The position numbers were made by a program, and so were the translations under genes. Source: a virus (Duplodnaviria > Caudoviricetes). Taken from it: DNA of 56,023 nt. Below the pieces are notes generated by a model. That model did no database searches. It worked only from the letters and a program-made list of their open reading frames with translations, and was not told the DNA's origin. How positions within the stretch are numbered: the stretch's first letter is position 1; each line of letters opens with the position of its first letter. The stretch covers positions 1 to 56,023 of the IMG/VR virus record IMGVR_UViG_3300037310_000607. One strand, given 5' to 3'. Below, in pieces: positions 55,501-56,023 of the stretch.

Positions 55501-56023
55501 GGTGCGGGCCGGCAGCGCGCACCGTGTCCAGGACCGTCTGCGCGGCCTCGCCGAGAGCCGCCTCAGTCGCCGGCCCACGGCGGGCCGGGTACTCGAAGGC
55601 GTATGGTTCGCCGGTCGCCGTGCGCCGCGGCTTGGCCGGCTCAGCCGGCGGCGGTGGGGCGGGCGCTGCCTCCTGGGCTTCGAGCGCGGCTGTGCGCTCC
55701 TGGACAGTCTGCTCCGTCGGGCGCATCGGACGGATGGGGACACCTTCGGCTCGGCCGAGCCTGTCGGGAGTTGGCACCGGCTCACGTGCCGCGACCATCG
55801 CAGCATCCAGGTCCGGCTCGCGGCCGGCGCGCTCGGCAGCGATGGCCTGCTGGACCGCGGCCTTCATGAACTTCTCGCCCGCGATGAAGCCGCGGTCGGG
55901 CTTGCTCCAGCGCAGGATGCCCGCGCGCGTGAGGCCCTGGAGCATGAGCCCGGCCTCGCGCGTCGAGACGCCCAGGCCCTCGGCGACGTCCTTGGCCTGG
56001 ACGCGCCCGTTCGCTTCCAGCAT
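49523..56023 (-). CDS. giant internal virion / polyvalent protein with zeta-toxin-like kinase and winged-helix domains (5' end probably truncated)
   Basis: 2166 aa; GAPGSGKT P-loop; C-terminal LFVPFISTP, ARLEP, KSYLDG motifs of ejected internal virion proteins. Confidence 0.75.
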   Translation of the reverse strand: MLEANGRVQAKDVAEGLGVSTREAGLMLQGLTRAGILRWSKPDRGFIAGEKFMKAAVQQAIAAERAGREPDLDAAMVAAREPVPTPDRLGRAEGVPIRPMRPTEQTVQERTAALEAQEAAPAPPPPAEPAKPRRTATGEPYAFEYPARRGPATEAALGEAAQTVLDTVRAAGPHRPEVPKKGEAPRLMTLETLRERLVDQLGEGGANAAIREAVDRGLIKQDPTTKQFYDPRPVLEVSPDAPLEPRTARSEETWTHESRAGSLPEGAISKLPVLPDGAGAAADAGLTPAQSKIQAEVNRRVEADPEWYVQEYIRRNSKNGTIELNADEARELFPEYAETLQTRSANAPAVHEASSWIVKQAFQRTLAAIRDGKVPDDKAKGVLFMAGAPGSGKTTASRQVPHLVDKAFAIFDGTMAGKFNPDGTVDASKPRDLVAQTLQSGGRADIIYIHGGEPGPNFKRTLDRALGKGRAVQAPYFAQAYPTIPQVNLKIREWLGEGIEAGKIRPTDVTVHVVDNAGAKAVLVGGGTFNDTAGVSFLRGLEYKPEEVSSAIRKAASEWAAEHADRPDDVGRVLRGAALGELVGTADVRGGVPGGRGAGRTPSEGAGRAPERQPEARPEPGVAEPQATPDNQALALRVARENAGRVTSDMLQQEGLDAPTARKVIRSLEVDGLVKFNRNQADYRLTTEGKAAVAPPKPARVARAPRAAKAAAPKIEPAPEVPRPAPTRPAEVAAEVGEVPEGKTGVRAEPMVSFVPKPRAPKSFGGRYGTRMVELSSPEGSNYWGDGTVLVRGATPKVPPSQLDHPQASQIFTAAEKAAPATIVGWSKGTAFEGGYGKKRDVVWIKLQDGRIVASAAEQVGHIMSEATRTAKGKRGTVPELEWRATDDPLPTLYAFKPGETQPFGITSTNTVVERHHPTMTTEGVIPAAKAKLPPRGRTTRVPPEAPAFTKKQAESVADQIAKKFDVEKEGALTIKVPDDGTLKLEPATAQRLHKTLTGEFVPGTAEHPEGFVKLPGEKGWAHPGELKPLRPLSGAAAARQPAREAGGGIGMSATEQALQIYGQDPLRAWTALRRQIDAAERNAKAFGEQAETGAGYEALGGVSKAAAKKLGLDDVPPEGTPAYEKFVADAEAAVAKARADFESGKGQPVNVDAYVKGRKKGQPEIKGPIPPLSGRFVLVNEKGVPVDTIAGKPLNTRGDAERAAEAYQGIRKEKVSVVDRRASEAGAVSVELLAAPILLPAKLVGSMVTMGARLLKSGLTSFGPWAREMASRLGGLLEGGTKSLRHLWEWSRNLFGGGGEPPPGGGRTPPPGEPPVAPPLGGEGPAPRRTPPPYGIRDVVEPTRGEARAAAAEAATRQGPLRPETPAGTDFPINTTRLGGPTELRETQQRLADAFKGTLNQNREYRSWEEARHNWLKSGRTEADFKRVVREQGVVDDATIEGGRALMNDAAERFQSARSRMEEARKAGDDIGAEAAEREMISHALNWGAITAHRVAASAEVARALNIHKKLSAGLTPEERMFQQIVQSNLRRNLSPKLLDELSRAVLEKDHAKMQKLGREILKPSFLDKVNEWFINNILSAPPTWGANVAGNWGHEVLLRTPERGLSGLIEAALARGQGRAPERLPGEAFEALKGQWKHGFGAKHFTQVLRDTLSENPFDPTMMAVKGEYRPPALPGTFGKVWRTPGRLLRALDKAARSAAYEAEVFAETYRDGFNAGRAKGLQGKELRDFINQNGQQLGTQMAEWRRIDLQRQLAGDASLSAAERAILNDPKLSGMGERAAEAAKQSTFQDQVGAFTGAALHLRATHPWLTLFVPFISTPSRILSQAMARTPLGLARAAKRAYTGETRGGAAADELARGLWGSMIGASLYGLAQSGFITGSGPTDPDEQRAWQRTGKQPYAVKVGDNWVSMARLEPMATILGLAADLSEAKDAKKAGDVADKLVATLTNNVMSKSYLDGVASLVEAVQDPERYGSTYAKKMIGAMAVPNLLATAARAIDPTIRDTSQMELPGGLGYIVPPIMARVPGLSQQLPSRLSGTGEPVQREEGPFSRFFSPFRYTKEKGSEADLERAFLRAGYIPSAPTREITIPGTYGRKATLTRQEREIYGAYNARATAQARRLAASLEFENLQPEHQEYVLKSLYRMAHDAARKAVLRSVASRLRA
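54157..54375 (-). CDS. nested out-of-frame small protein (candidate antitoxin/immunity protein)
   Basis: GGAGGAGGTG RBS, upstream TAGAAT, GC3-rich codons in the nested frame. Confidence 0.6.
   Translation of the reverse strand: MPSERPHQNGPPSTPTGRMTSDESYVAPPWESWSGPLTSEEESRAGAARAERQAKELVERLNVNRKRGQSPA
54397..54425 (-). promoter_or_regulatory. internal promoter with operator copy driving the nested ORF
   Basis: TGGCGT-N17-TAGAAT; 11/16 operator at 54401-54416. Confidence 0.55.

Noticed and set aside
1-56023. Direct circular junction between the window ends
   Set aside because: The ATG at position 8 would be out of frame with the giant ORF if joined and I saw no terminal repeat; sequence is missing

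Overview
Near-complete, circularly permuted genome of a high-GC tailed dsDNA phage with podovirus-type architecture. Minus strand, right to left: early small-gene region (35.5-26.9 kb), M15 peptidase, RecE/RecT-like recombination genes, lambda-O/P-like replication genes, two Cys-rich lipoproteins, membrane/lysis genes, TerS/TerL, portal, four small proteins, GroES, scaffold, major capsid protein, adaptor, nozzle-like and ejection proteins. A second minus-strand block (56.0-43.0 kb) holds a >2166-aa internal virion protein and tail-fibre-like genes. A divergent plus-strand operon of small genes spans 36.2-43.1 kb. I see no integrase, DNA polymerase, tRNA, CRISPR or RT. Most notable: (1) an out-of-frame 72-codon gene with its own promoter and RBS, nested in the giant virion gene just after a rearranged zeta-toxin-like kinase domain (possible toxin/antitoxin pair); (2) a Tat-signal gene carrying the N- and C-terminal segments of the phage's own capsid protein joined across a frameshift; (3) four tandem small proteins sharing a TKxA(G/A)(R/K)ALM motif; (4) about 10 sigma70 promoters carrying copies of a 16-bp palindrome AAGCCCACGTGGGCTT; (5) a three-way-junction structured element upstream of the replication initiator, and four clusters of helically phased GCTAGC repeats. 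Product calls come from motifs recognised by eye; no searches were run.
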